The notes beneath the pieces are model-generated. The model was not told where the DNA came from. It did not search any database and was given only the letters and a program-made list of their open reading frames with translations. A stretch of DNA of 64,000 bases from Diplonema japonicum (Eukaryota > Protista > Euglenozoa: Diplonemea), in NCBI GenBank assembly GCA_964019335.1, contig OZ025653.1, positions 248,001 through 312,000 on the forward strand, written 5' to 3'. Positions 48,190 through 58,949 of the stretch are shown here, one piece after another (within the stretch, counting starts at the first letter, position 1; each line of letters opens with the position of its first letter). The position numbers and the translations under genes are program-made.

Positions 48190-48513
48190 TTTTTTATTTT
48201 TCTTTTCCGTTTCCCTTATAATTAAAAAGACTTTTTGAACGAAGCTTGAGGGTTGAAAAAAAAACAAATATAACAACGACACTGGTAAAAAAGATTTCCT
48301 ACTACTTGTTCTATACCCCCCTTTTCTTACCTCAGGAGAAAAAGAATAGAAGAAAGAGTGGCCGAAAAAAAATGGGGGGGGGTGGTTAGTGAGAGAGAGA
48401 GGGAGAGAGCAAACTTACAAATATTCTTGAACGAAAGAGAGAATAAATATAAAAAAAAAGTGTGTAAGAAAAAAAAAAAAGAAATATCACGAAACATATT
48501 TTTTTTTTTAAAA

Positions 48514-49163
48514 CCATTAAACCCACATGTCATATATATGACATAAGAAAAAAAAAAGAAAAAATCTATAGGCCTTTTGGTCAAATTATGACCTTTCTTT
48601 CACTTTTCTGACGCCATTGCGCGATTTTTCCCACTTTGTTTGGCTAAATGCTGCCCTTTTTCAGCATTATTTTAAGAATTTGAGAGGTCGAAAATCCGGG
48701 GGAAAATGATTTTAGAATGAAGAATACTCGACTGGAGCAGAGGGCTGGTCATGAGTGATGAAGAATGCGAAGAAATGTCAGAAAATGGTAGTTCTGAGTC
48801 TAGTAGTGCTTGGGGGGAGGAAAGTGTGGAAGAATTGGAGGAAATGGGGTGGAAAGAGGCAGTGTAATCGAACCAGCAGACGACCCAACAGGGAAGAGCC
48901 CTCTCCAGCTTTTTTATTCGTTTTTTACACCATTTATTTTGCACTTTTTTCTACTCCTCTTCCCCCCCTTACCAAAAAGGGTGTTGGGTCAAAAATCATA
49001 GTTCAAAAGCCAGTTCAGGGGAACCCTGATACCTGAATGTCTCCAGAGGTCATTTCTCCATAAAAAGAACACTTTGTATGGTTAAATGCTGCCATTTTTT
49101 TGAATTCTTTGGAATCGCCTCAAAAATGGGCTTTTTTCGGTTTTTTGCCTGTGGGCTTAATGG
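48514..49163. mobile_element. piggyBac-like non-autonomous element (MITE), second family
   Basis: TIRs CCATTAAACCCACA / TGTGGGCTTAATGG (1 mismatch); TTAA on the right, TTAAAA on the left. Internal acidic ORF remnant (SDEECEEMSE...) resembles piggyBac transposase N-termini. Confidence 0.7.
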
Positions 49164-49384
49164 TTAAAAAAAAACCTTAGCTGCAAGTTTGTAAGGACTC
49201 CCCACCCCCCCTCCAGTTACCCCACTGAAAGAAAAAAAGAAAAAAAAAAGGCAAGGCGAAATAAGAGATGAAGGTAACGGCCGAAAAGAGAAATCTTATT
49301 GAAAAAAAGGGAAACCCAATTGAACGGAAGCAACCTTTTTTATATCAGTGAAAAAAGAAAAAAAAAAGAAAAGACCCAGAAGAT

Positions 49385-50646
49385 TCATTGCAGGGGGTGG
49401 CCGTTTATGAGGGACATGACCTTGACGGCATTCTCACGGGCGGTGACCATATCCTTGAACTGCAAAGAAGAAATAATGTATTTTGCGTACTTCTGCGCGT
49501 CCACCATGTGGTCAAGGGTAGGCTCGAAACCAACGACAGGCACAACAATGCCCGAGCCGCCCCCACCCCCACTTGCTTGCGCCATCTGGGCCTTCATCAT
49601 ATTCACCACTTGCTCATATTTCTGACATTGTCCCTGGGCCTGCTGTGTCTGTGTCTGGCTCATCACCAGCTGGTGCTTCAATTGCATCAGCTCATTTTCC
49701 AGTTCATCCACCCTCCGCTTGCTCAAGGATGCTTCTGCCTTTAATAACTCAACATTCTCGGGTGCAGGTACAGGTGCAGCAGGCTCCCCTACTCCACCAG
49801 CCAACTTACGCAGCCGTTCCTGTGTGTTGTTCCTTAACGTACTCCACGACATACCTCCATCAAGTCCATGCTGTCTGACTCTGGCAGGGTTGGCTGTGCA
49901 TCAGGAATTGCGCTGGATGTGGGTGCTTGAAGGGACGACATCAGTGCGTCAAGATCATCTAAAGGCGGTGGCGGCGGGGGGGCCAACGGTTCAGGTGTGG
50001 ACACCATTGGTGCCACAGGTGCAGGAGGCTCAAAAGCCACAGGGGGTTCGGGAAGCGGGGGGGCGAATGGCTGCGGTTCAACAGGCGCCATCGGGTCAAC
50101 ATGCTGACTGGGGGACTCCATGGGTGTGTCCTGAGTTTCGAGAGACGGGTTGGGCGACACATAAGGCACACCAGAGTCGAGCGCCTTCTTCACCTGCATG
50201 GCGGTGTACCGTGCGTAGTTGTACTTCTCTTGAACGTCTTCGTCCATGTCGCCGAACTGCTTGGTGCACTCCAGCAGGACACTGCTGGTTGTGAACATTG
50301 CAATGCACTGTTTGTCAGCCTGCCCAGAGCGCTCCCTGTCGTCTGCCCTCTTGAAGATCAAGTACGCGTTTCGCAACAGAACCTCCTTCCCATCCCCACC
50401 GCTGATGACAGGGTCTGCCTTCTCGGTCTCGAGGTGGTCCATCAGCTCCATTAGGAAGGCTGTCGCCTCGTCCTTCACCGTGGGGTCCAACGCACCCAGT
50501 AAGCCGATCCCAACCTGTGCTGCAAAGCTCTTGCACAGATAGGACACCTGTGGGTCCCGTGACCCGAAGTCCCTTGCCCTGATGAAGTATGGGACGAGCT
50601 TCTTGAAGGCAGCAGGGCACCTTGCTGCGATGTTGTTGTTGTCCAT
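49385..50646 (-). CDS. VTA1: ESCRT/Vps4 cofactor Vta1/LIP5 (1 intron)
   Basis: N-terminal MIT region (PYFIRARDF...DPQVSYLC...LMDHLETEK...FKRADDRER), Pro-rich linker, C-terminal VSL motif AQKYAKYIISSLQFKD. Confidence 0.9.
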
Positions 50647-51297
50647 TTTTTTTTTTGTCTTTTTTTTTCCACTGAATATACTGCAAACTGCAGAGAAAAC
50701 AGAAAGAAAAAAAAACATAAAACAAATAGCACAGTATACAAACGGTAGGGGGGCATCGAGCGTGGAGAGAGGAACGGGACAAACAAAGTAGGGTAAGGGG
50801 AGGGAAGGGGGGGGAGGAAGGGGAAACAAAGAATGAAAAAGGAAAAAAGAGGGGGGAAGAGGAGGAGAGAGCAACAGCACTTTCTCCTTTTATAATCTCT
50901 TTTTCCGCCCCATTCGTATGACCTCCATTCCTTCCTGCTTCTGTGCCCATCTAAACAAAAGATGGTGCACAGCTTTTTTTTTTTTTTTAAATTCTTTCTT
51001 TCCCCCCCTTTTTTTGTTTTTTTCTTCTTCTTCTTAATTACAATCTTCAAAAAGAAATAACCGGACAATAAAAAAAAAACACTGGAAGAAATGGAAAAAA
51101 AAAAGGGGGGGAGTAAAAAAAAAAAAAAATACCGCCTCTTATCTCTAACCCGTTTAGCACAACGGAAACTTGCTATTTTTTCAACATTTTTTTAAAAATC
51201 TTTCCAAAAGGATTCCCTCTAAAGCTGTTTTAGAGATATGAGGCGTAATACAACATAAAATAAAAAAATGGGTAGAGGGGGTACAACAAAAAAAGTC

Positions 51298-51548
51298 TCA
51301 ACGTCTTGAAGGAATAGCAGGATGCATCCTAAGAAGTAGATCGATAATGTCCCCTTCAGGACCAAAGCCAACATCGTAGTCTTTAAGAGTCTTGCGGGAG
51401 TTGAGTTCTCGGCCATGCACGACAAGCCGTTGATAAGGAACGGGTGTGCCCTCCTGCTCTTCAATCCTGTTCATGAAGTGCTCAATGGGCTCATCGTCCT
51501 CGGCGTAGATGCGCACCATGGACCCGTCGGCCCGTTGTATGTTTACCT

Positions 51549-51580
<32 letters not shown>

Positions 51581-52770
51581 CCCTCCCGCACATACCATGC
51601 CACTCACTACCTCGATCAACTCTTGCTTTTCTCTAAACTCCGGCCGGAGCATCAGTTGCAAGATATCGCCCCCATGAGTCTGCGGGTGACCGATCTTCAC
51701 CCCGTATTGCGACAGAGGGTTCCTGAGGTCCATTTCGAAGCCTCGCCCCAAAAGCCGCATCTGCTTGACATCCATGTCAGGTATCTTCTCCATAATCTTC
51801 CTCATAATGCTTGCCACGGTGTCGTTCTCGTCGCAAAAATGCAACACAAGGTACGAGCCCTCGTATGACACCACCAGTGTCGCAGCGTTGATCTTCTCCG
51901 CTTCTTGTCTTGCCTCCTCCTCCCTTCTCAACCTTTCCGCTTCCTCAGCTCTTCTCAGTTTCTCACTTTCAGTTGTCTCGTACCCTTCCTCATCAGGTTC
52001 CAAAGGCGGCGGCGGGGGGTCGAAGATGTCGATCAATGCTTGGAAGTCATGTAAATTCAGCAGGTCGGAGGGATCCTTCCCGATCTGGGGATGTTAGTAC
52101 AACTCATTTTTTTTTTTTCAGAACATACCGCACCGAGAGCGCCCCGCAATCTTTCGTCCCATTTATATTGTTGCTTCTTTGCTTTTTTTGCGTCGGACCC
52201 GCCGGGTCTACCCAGGTTGCCCCCACCCCTTCTCTTTGGCACCATTTTCAACATGCACGGGAGCTCCACTCCCGATACTGCTCCTGAGTAATCCATATCA
52301 AAAGCATAGAAAGCATGTGCTACAGCATCCATCCCAGGAAGCTCGCCGAGACATGCGCGAGGGGAACGGGGTGAGTTCGGCAGAGGGGCAGGCTCGATGT
52401 CTTCGTTCTTTTCGTGCCACAGCTCAAGGGGCATTGAACGCGTGGTTCTCCTGGGGCTGGTTTGGCAGATCTCGACTTCCTCCATGGCCTCTTGGAGGGG
52501 CAGAATGGACGCATATTCCTGCATCTTCCTCCGCGGCTTCTGAAAACCCTCAACCACGTCGCACATTGCACTGAACTGTGGGAAGCTGATCATGCTGCCA
52601 ACAGGCGTGCCTGACCTGCGCATGGCCATCACAACATCCTTCTCTGTCACAAGGGTGGCGATCGATTCGCATGCTTGAAAGGCATAGCGCAGATCAAACT
52701 GTGTGATGGCGCCTGTTCCATCGAGGTCGAAGGCGTTGAAGGCACCTTGTCTCTGGGCCTGTGTATCCAT
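51298..52770 (-). CDS. EF-hand protein with two C-terminal ubiquitin-like domains (2 introns)
   Basis: AFNAFDLDGTGAI and AFYAFDMDYSGAV; Ubl1 DTVASI...QMRLLGRG...LSQYGV; Ubl2 IEEQEGTPVPYQRLVVHGREL...TLKDYDV. Short GTATG introns near 52085-52127 and at 51595-51547. Confidence 0.75.
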
Positions 52771-52829
52771 TGTGGTGACCCCCCTCCTTTGGATTGTGTT
52801 CGAAAAAAAAAAATGAAGATTGAAAAGTA

Positions 52830-53591
52830 AAAAAAAAAAGCTTCGCCTCCGCCGCGTTCCATAGATTCACGTGCCTTTGTCCAACTCACAGGCACGTCGC
52901 GTTCTTCGACGATGTTTGGCTCGCTGAACTTCCCGCTGCTTTTTAACGCCTTGTCGATGAGGCGCTTGGTCCACCACTCGTTCTCGACATCGATGCCTCG
53001 GTTTTGCATCTCTTCGCACAGCAACGTGACGCACGCTGTGAGCAGCAGGCCGTCGGAGAGGACGTCCTTCTTCTTCATGAAGGCGTATGCGTACAGAACG
53101 GAGTTGAACACGTCGGGTGCCGCCGTGAGGTTTGTATCCTTCTCCCATTTCTGTATTATTTCCAAGCACGCCTTTGTGTGTCCCATCCCTAGTTCACACC
53201 GCATCGGTGCGCCCTCGGTCAGGAGATACATCATTTTTGTTGACGTGAAGGACGTCCCTTCGCTTTGTACGCACTTCTCGTAGATCTGATTGTATTTTTC
53301 AGCGTCCAATTCGTTCATGCATTTCACCAGTTCGAGCTCCATGGCCGTGTCGTTCAGCTTTGTGGTTTGCGGGTCCACCCCAGCCACCCAGTCCTTCAGC
53401 AGGGAATATCCTTCGTGTACTTGTTTGAACTTCTCTGCACACCCACCCCTATCCGGGTGGGTTGTCACCGCCAACCGTTTGTATCTCTTCTTCAGCGCTT
53501 CCTCCCCGACACCTTGGCCCAGATTGAATAGTTTCAAAGCCGCCTTCACGTCTTCCGAGATGCCATGCAGTACTATGCTGCGTTTCAGCAT
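52830..53591 (-). CDS. J-domain (DnaJ) protein, possibly mitochondrial; 3' end uncertain
   Basis: LKKRYKRLAVTTHPDRGG..EKFKQVHEGYSLL. The ORF runs into a poly-T tract, so the true stop is unclear. Confidence 0.8.
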
Positions 53592-53676
53592 ATTTTACTC
53601 CTTTTCTTTTCTCTTGAACATCCAGGAACGAGGGAAGAGGGGACAAAACAAAACAAGCTAGTAGTGAAAGGACTTT

Positions 53677-54420
53677 CTACCGAACTGCGGAAGCAGTGCG
53701 GTCTCGCCGCCGTCTGCGGATCTCTAAGGTAAACGGGGATGGGGACGGCATGTCGGTGGGCTGCGGAGGGGGGGGAGGGAGGCAGGGGACAGGGGTACCG
53801 GTGTTCTCGATGAGCTTAAGCCATTCCTTCTTACGTTTGGTCTCCTGTTTTCTGCGAATCTTCTGCGCAAGCTCAACTTCTTCAGCAGGCCGCTGGACAG
53901 GCTGAGGGGGCACCGACTTCTTCTGCTCGAGCGTGGTCTTCACAGAAGCAAGATACGTCTCAAGGTCGTCCAACTTCCTCCTGTACTCTGTGCCGAGGTC
54001 GGATCTCCCTGTCCGTAGCAGGCGCAGCAAAGAGGGTAGCTCTGCGAACCAATCTCTCTCCGAGAACGGAAGTGAGAACGAGGTAGACAACGACCTTACG
54101 GACGTTTCTAAAGCATCTAACTTTGCCCTTTCCACCACTACGTACTTCCCACATATTGCGTTGGACCTCAGCACCATCTCGTTTGTGACATTCCTCATGT
54201 CTTTCAGCTTTTCCCTCAGCTGCGCCACCCCTCCCTTCAAACCTGTGATTGACTGGCTCATGTCCTTAAGTGCCCCTAACTCGAACCCTTTTGAGCTCGG
54301 TTCTTTCTTTGCAGTTTTTTTCACCTGGGCCTGCACTTTCTTCCCCCCAGCGGGCAGCTTCGAGACGTGGTAACACCTTTCCGGAATTATCGCGGGAAGC
54401 GACGGTTCTAGACCCACCAT
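53677..54420 (-). CDS. Hypothetical coiled-coil protein with Pro-rich tail
   Basis: ATG-initiated 247-aa ORF on the gene strand with coding-like composition. Confidence 0.6.
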   Translation of the reverse strand: MVGLEPSLPAIIPERCYHVSKLPAGGKKVQAQVKKTAKKEPSSKGFELGALKDMSQSITGLKGGVAQLREKLKDMRNVTNEMVLRSNAICGKYVVVERAKLDALETSVRSLSTSFSLPFSERDWFAELPSLLRLLRTGRSDLGTEYRRKLDDLETYLASVKTTLEQKKSVPPQPVQRPAEEVELAQKIRRKQETKRKKEWLKLIENTGTPVPCLPPPPPQPTDMPSPSPFTLEIRRRRRDRTASAVR

Positions 54421-54654
54421 TTGTCCTCAACTCAACTCCTCACCCTCCCCCTTCCCCTCCTGTGTGCTTTTCTTTTGAGGATATGATTTTCTTTTTGGGG
54501 AATAAGGGCGTCTTTTCTCTTTTCTGCGTCATGCTTTTTGCATGACCCATGCAAAGCATCGATGGATAAAAAAGGGGGGAGAGGGGAGGGAAAAAAGAAT
54601 CGATTGACACGTTCGTTTCCAATCTGCATAGATGACCCCGAGAGAAATAATGTA

Positions 54655-54686
<32 letters not shown>

Positions 54687-54745
54687 CGATTTAAGAAAAA
54701 AAGAGAAAAGAGAATATCTGTTTTCCTTTTTTCCAAAAGCCCCTT

Positions 54746-55420
54746 TTACTGCGAGGCAATGAAGTTCTTGAGGTAGTGCTTACGGGCAACGTGTCCTTCC
54801 GACTTTTGTTGGTTATGTTATTGTTAATTAAAGAAAATGTTGGTACACACCTCTTCCCCCCTGTTGATGGGTGTCCAGATAGGGTCTCCGACGAAGAGGC
54901 GCATGGCCTTCGCGTGTTCCGTAGAGTCAAGGGTGAAGCGATGGTAAATCCCCTTGGGAAGGGTGATGCACTGTCCTGCTTTGCACAAAATGCGTACCCA
55001 TCTAGAGTCGTCCACGTTGCGTACGTCAAAGTAGCCAGAGCCCTCTATGATGTAACGAACCTCGTCATCGTCGTGGATGTGCTCGGTGAAGAAGTTCTTC
55101 AGCTTGTTGTCGAAATCTGGGAGCTTCTCCTTGTTGATGGTGATGATATCTGCGTAATTCATTCCCTGCTCCTTTCGGAACGCCGCCAGTTTCTCATCCT
55201 TCGGGGCACCCTCCTCCGGCTCCCACGGTACTTTTGCCACAGGGTATTCCACCTCCACAGGGAACGAGTAGTATTCCACACCAAGTTTCTTCAAAGTATC
55301 TAACCCCACCGCTTCGTTAGGCTCCATTCTGTTTTCCGCCTTCTGATCCTTTACGTCATCCTGCATGTACCATGCTTCGACACCCATCGTTTTTCTTTTC
55401 TTCTTCTCGGGTTCTGGCAT
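54746..55420 (-). CDS. ADI1: Acireductone dioxygenase (methionine salvage), 1 intron
   Basis: AWYM, FFTEHIHDDDEVRYIIEGSGYFDVR, LPKGIYHRFTLD, AMRLFVGDPIWTPINR; last exon SEGHVARKHYL...*. Confidence 0.95.
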
Positions 55421-55816
55421 TTGGAGATTTTGAATCGAATACCTTGTAAGGAATAAATAAAAAGAAAAAGCAACTTTTGAGAGGGGAAAGAAAAAAAAAA
55501 ACAATAATTGGGTGGGGTGGGGGTGGGTGGGTAAAACACGGTGGGAAAAAAAAAAAAGTAGAGGGGAAGAAACAAAAGAAAACTCAATTGGAGGGGACAC
55601 AATTGGAAGAAAGAAAAATGAAAGAGAAACAAAAAAAACACTGGCCCAACCCATTCGGAATGAATAAAAAAATTCAATAGGAATTGATAAAGTACAGGGG
55701 GGGGGGGGGGGGCAAAAGAGGTGAGAATACTATCTGGGGACACATAATAAAAATTTGAATCACAAACAATTTGACTGGTGTGTTCGTTATGATCAATTTA
55801 TGTTTCTGCGTAGTGT

Positions 55817-56743
55817 TTACGCGCTCTTGATGGTGGCGGGGTCGGTGAAGTGGAACTTCTTGGCGCCGGTGGCACCCAGGACGGTGTCGAAGATGGCGAA
55901 CTGCCCAGCGGTCAAGGTACCGATCATCACGCAACGGGCACCCAGACCAGTGAGGCACAGCTTCTTGAAACCAACCTCCCTCGCAAGGTTCAGGAGACGG
56001 CTGGTGATCGACCCGTCACCACCGGCACCCTTCTTGTTCACAAGCGACAACAAAGTGTCGGCAGGGTGCGAGACAATGGCAGCCGCCACACCAGCAATCA
56101 CACCAGACGCGAGCGACACGGTCAGCTTGGTCCCCTCAGACGCGGTCTTCACGTCGATGCTCGACATGGTGTAGATCTTCTCTGCGGCAGCACCCTGCAC
56201 AGCGAACTTAGTCATTGTGTAAGGGATCTGCTTGAAGCAGATGGGCCCGAACCCAGAGTAGAACCCCCTCATCACACCCTCGTCCTTGATGATCTTGGGG
56301 AAGGCGGACATGAGACCGCTTGCGTACTGGGGGTTGGCAACAAGCTTGATACGGGTCGCCTCAAGAGGGCACAGGAAGATGTCCGCGATGAACTCAGCCA
56401 CTGCCGCAGCACCGAGGTAGATGGGGAAACGGAACTTCCACGCGTCCTCCACACCGAGCTTCTCCGCCGCCTTGATCTTGAAGAACTCCACACCACCGAA
56501 CTTGAACCACCCCTGAACGAAGTACCCAACAGCGGTGGGCCCCAGACCGGTGGCAAGGGCACCCATACCCTCAGACGCCACGATCTGCTTGAAACCTCCG
56601 AGCATACCCCTGTTGTACTTGACGGGGTCAAGCTGCATACGCGTCTTCACGACATCGACAGGGCACAAGGCACCGTGGGTCACACTGCAGCAGATCCCTC
56701 CCGCAAGGGCACCCTTCGTGAAGTATGTCAGGTCGTAGCTCAT
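55817..56743 (-). CDS. Mitochondrial phosphate carrier (SLC25A3/Mir1 family)
   Basis: THGALCPVDVVKTRMQ, QGWFKFGGVEFFK, LCPLEATRIK, KQIPYTMTKF, SHPADTLLS, MIGTLTAGQF. Confidence 0.95.
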   Translation of the reverse strand: MSYDLTYFTKGALAGGICCSVTHGALCPVDVVKTRMQLDPVKYNRGMLGGFKQIVASEGMGALATGLGPTAVGYFVQGWFKFGGVEFFKIKAAEKLGVEDAWKFRFPIYLGAAAVAEFIADIFLCPLEATRIKLVANPQYASGLMSAFPKIIKDEGVMRGFYSGFGPICFKQIPYTMTKFAVQGAAAEKIYTMSSIDVKTASEGTKLTVSLASGVIAGVAAAIVSHPADTLLSLVNKKGAGGDGSITSRLLNLAREVGFKKLCLTGLGARCVMIGTLTAGQFAIFDTVLGATGAKKFHFTDPATIKSA

Positions 56744-56976
56744 TTTTTCTTTTTTGTGTTTTGTGAGTTGATGGCAGGTCCTGTGGGGTGTTGAAAAACT
56801 ACTTCACACTGAAATAAAGAAGGTGTACACCAACACCAACACCAATACAATTGTTTACGAGTTTTGGATCCAAAATCTTCGAAGAAGAACTTTGAACTGA
56901 AAAACTGATGATGAAGAAACGGAAGGGAAGGAACAAGCAAACTAGAAAACCCACTTGAACCCTTCCTTCTTTTTTT

Positions 56977-57149
56977 ATCTCGCCCGTCTTCATCAATGCC
57001 ATCCTCGCTGCCTACACCAGGCGATGCGTCGCTACATCCCCAGAAGTCCTACCCATCTCTACGCAGACGACCTATACCTCTTCTCTAGGATCTCGGAGAG
57101 GGCGGTCCAGAGTTCCATTCTCCTGCTTGACGAATCCCATGAAGGCTAA
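56977..57149 (+). pseudogene. Short frameshifted reverse-transcriptase fragment
   Basis: ISPVFINAILAA, then after a 1-nt shift LHQAMRRYIPRSPTHLYADDLYLFS; this fits the spacing of RT motifs B-C. Confidence 0.55.
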
Positions 57150-57572
57150 GGCATTGAGGCATATTTTTCTTCGGAAAATTCATCACCGTGGTACATCGCT
57201 TCTTTTCGTATTCGTATTGCGTTTTCGTTTCTTCCATATCATGTTCATCTTCTGCTCGTCCACACCCTCTTTTATTCCCTCGAGGGTTGGTCGTTCTCGG
57301 CACATCCGTCCTCTGCGGTATCTTTTGATACCACGTATACGAAAACAGAGAAAGTCAAAAAGGACCTTGTGTAGCGACGTGGGGTATATCGTTGTGGGCA
57401 TCTCCGTCGACGGCAGCTGTTGCGGTGGTGGTTCCTGCTGTAAGCTAGTGTCAACGGTGGAGGGGGACTCTTTCCCTTGTCTGCGTCCATTCGGAGGAAA
57501 GAAGGGCTGTGCTTGCTCCTTCGGGGGGGGTCCTTTCACATCCTCCACATATATATGCGAGATCCGGGTAGT

Positions 57573-57657
57573 TGAAATGATTTTAAGTTAGAGTAGAGAA
57601 GCGAAAAAATAGGTAACTGAAATGGTTTTAAGTTAGGATGAAGAAGCGAAGAAATAG
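57573..57657. repeat. Two ~45-bp imperfect tandem copies
   Basis: TGAAATG[A/G]TTTTAAGTTAG...AGAAGCGAA[A/G]AAATAG at 57573 and 57618. Confidence 0.8.
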
Positions 57658-57662
57658 ATCAA

Positions 57663-58098
57663 AAGGGGTGGGAAAGAATAAATACTGCATACGAAAACAG
57701 AGAGTCGAGTAAAAAAGGGAAAAGGTGACTGACATCCTCAAGAGGAGCCTCCCACGTACCAGGAATTAAGCAGAGGTTGCTTCCATGGCCCGTATCAGTC
57801 TATCGCCAGAAAGAATAATGAAAATAACATAACAAAGAGAAGGGGAGAAGAAACGGAAAAAGACGGCTTGGTCATCAGAGAATGTAAGGGGTGGAAAAGA
57901 ATAAATACTGCATACGAAAACAGAGAGTCGAATAAAAAAGGGAAAAAGTGACTGACATCCTCAAGAGGAGTCTCCCACGTACCAGGAATTAAGCAGAGGT
58001 TGCTTCCATGGCCCGTATCAGTCTATCGCCGGAAAGAATAATGAAAATAACGGAACGAAGTGAAGTAGGAAAAGAAAAAAGACGGCCTGGTCGCCAGG
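57663..58098. repeat. Two ~223-bp tandem copies
   Basis: Units start at 57663 and 57886 and share a nearly identical core GTGACTGACATCCTCAAGAGGAG...CGTATCAGTCTATCGCC. Confidence 0.92.
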
Positions 58099-58949
58099 AA
58101 GTGCTGGTTCAGACGCGTCGGCGGACGCAGTTTAACGTCATACCCGGGACCGAAAACATGTAGGGAATGGAAAAAGCAGAAAGGGTAGTAAAAAGATTAA
58201 AATTGGAAAGAAAATGGAAAGGGTGGAAACGAGATAATAGGGTGCGAGGTCTGTGAAACCTTGCATAGCCTATCGCCCTCGTAGCACGCCGGGCCGGCAC
58301 TCCTACATTGTGTAGGGTTGTTTCCGATTGTTCCTAATTGTAGGAATGCAGGACAGTCGACCACTGCGACTCGTTGTAATAGAGCGTCCCGGCCCCTACA
58401 AAGTCAGCGAGCAGGGCTGCCACGGTCGAGTAGGACTTGTCCCCGAACCCTTGGGTTTGCAGCAGAAAGCCCTGTTCCTGGAGGGATGCGTAGTGCCACG
58501 TCGAGCCGTGACAGACCAGTAGGCACGGGATCGCAACCCGTGTGTCGAGGGGGACCGCGACCAGGGGGGCCTGACCCAAGAAGTGAGTGCAGCCCTGGAC
58601 ATGCAATTGGGGTCAAAAATGGCCTCGCCCTTGGAAAGAAAGCCCAGATGCCGAAGCTCATCCAGGTCCTCAGGGCCGTCGACGCCTGCATCCTTGGTGA
58701 GCCTCCGAAGGGCGACGAGCCCAGTGATCCTGGTGTTCGGCCGCGTCGCGGCGAGATCTCGCTTGGCCGCGGGGAGTGCGAGACCGTCCTCGGGCTCCGG
58801 GCGTTTGTTCCTCTGTGTTCCTCTGAGATCCGGGTAGCATTCGTCAAGGTACCCTCAGCTCCGTTGGATAAGAGGGATGCTGCATTGAAGGGTTTTCATG
58901 ATTTCATTTGACTTTTCCACCCCACCCCCCCTACCCCACCAGCCTGTCA

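Noticed and set aside
5326-56794. Many long plus-strand ORFs (e.g. 13630-14667, 42674-43642, 55850-56794)
   Set aside because: They are antisense shadows of GC-rich minus-strand genes and have no motifs of their own.
57720-57810. Tandem unit as spliced-leader RNA or hammerhead/twister ribozyme
   Set aside because: It lacks the euglenozoan SL exon sequence, and no CUGANGA...GAAA or twister core is conserved in both copies.
58400-58510. SH2-like C-terminal pattern
   Set aside because: No FLVRES-like motif; the similarity is too weak.
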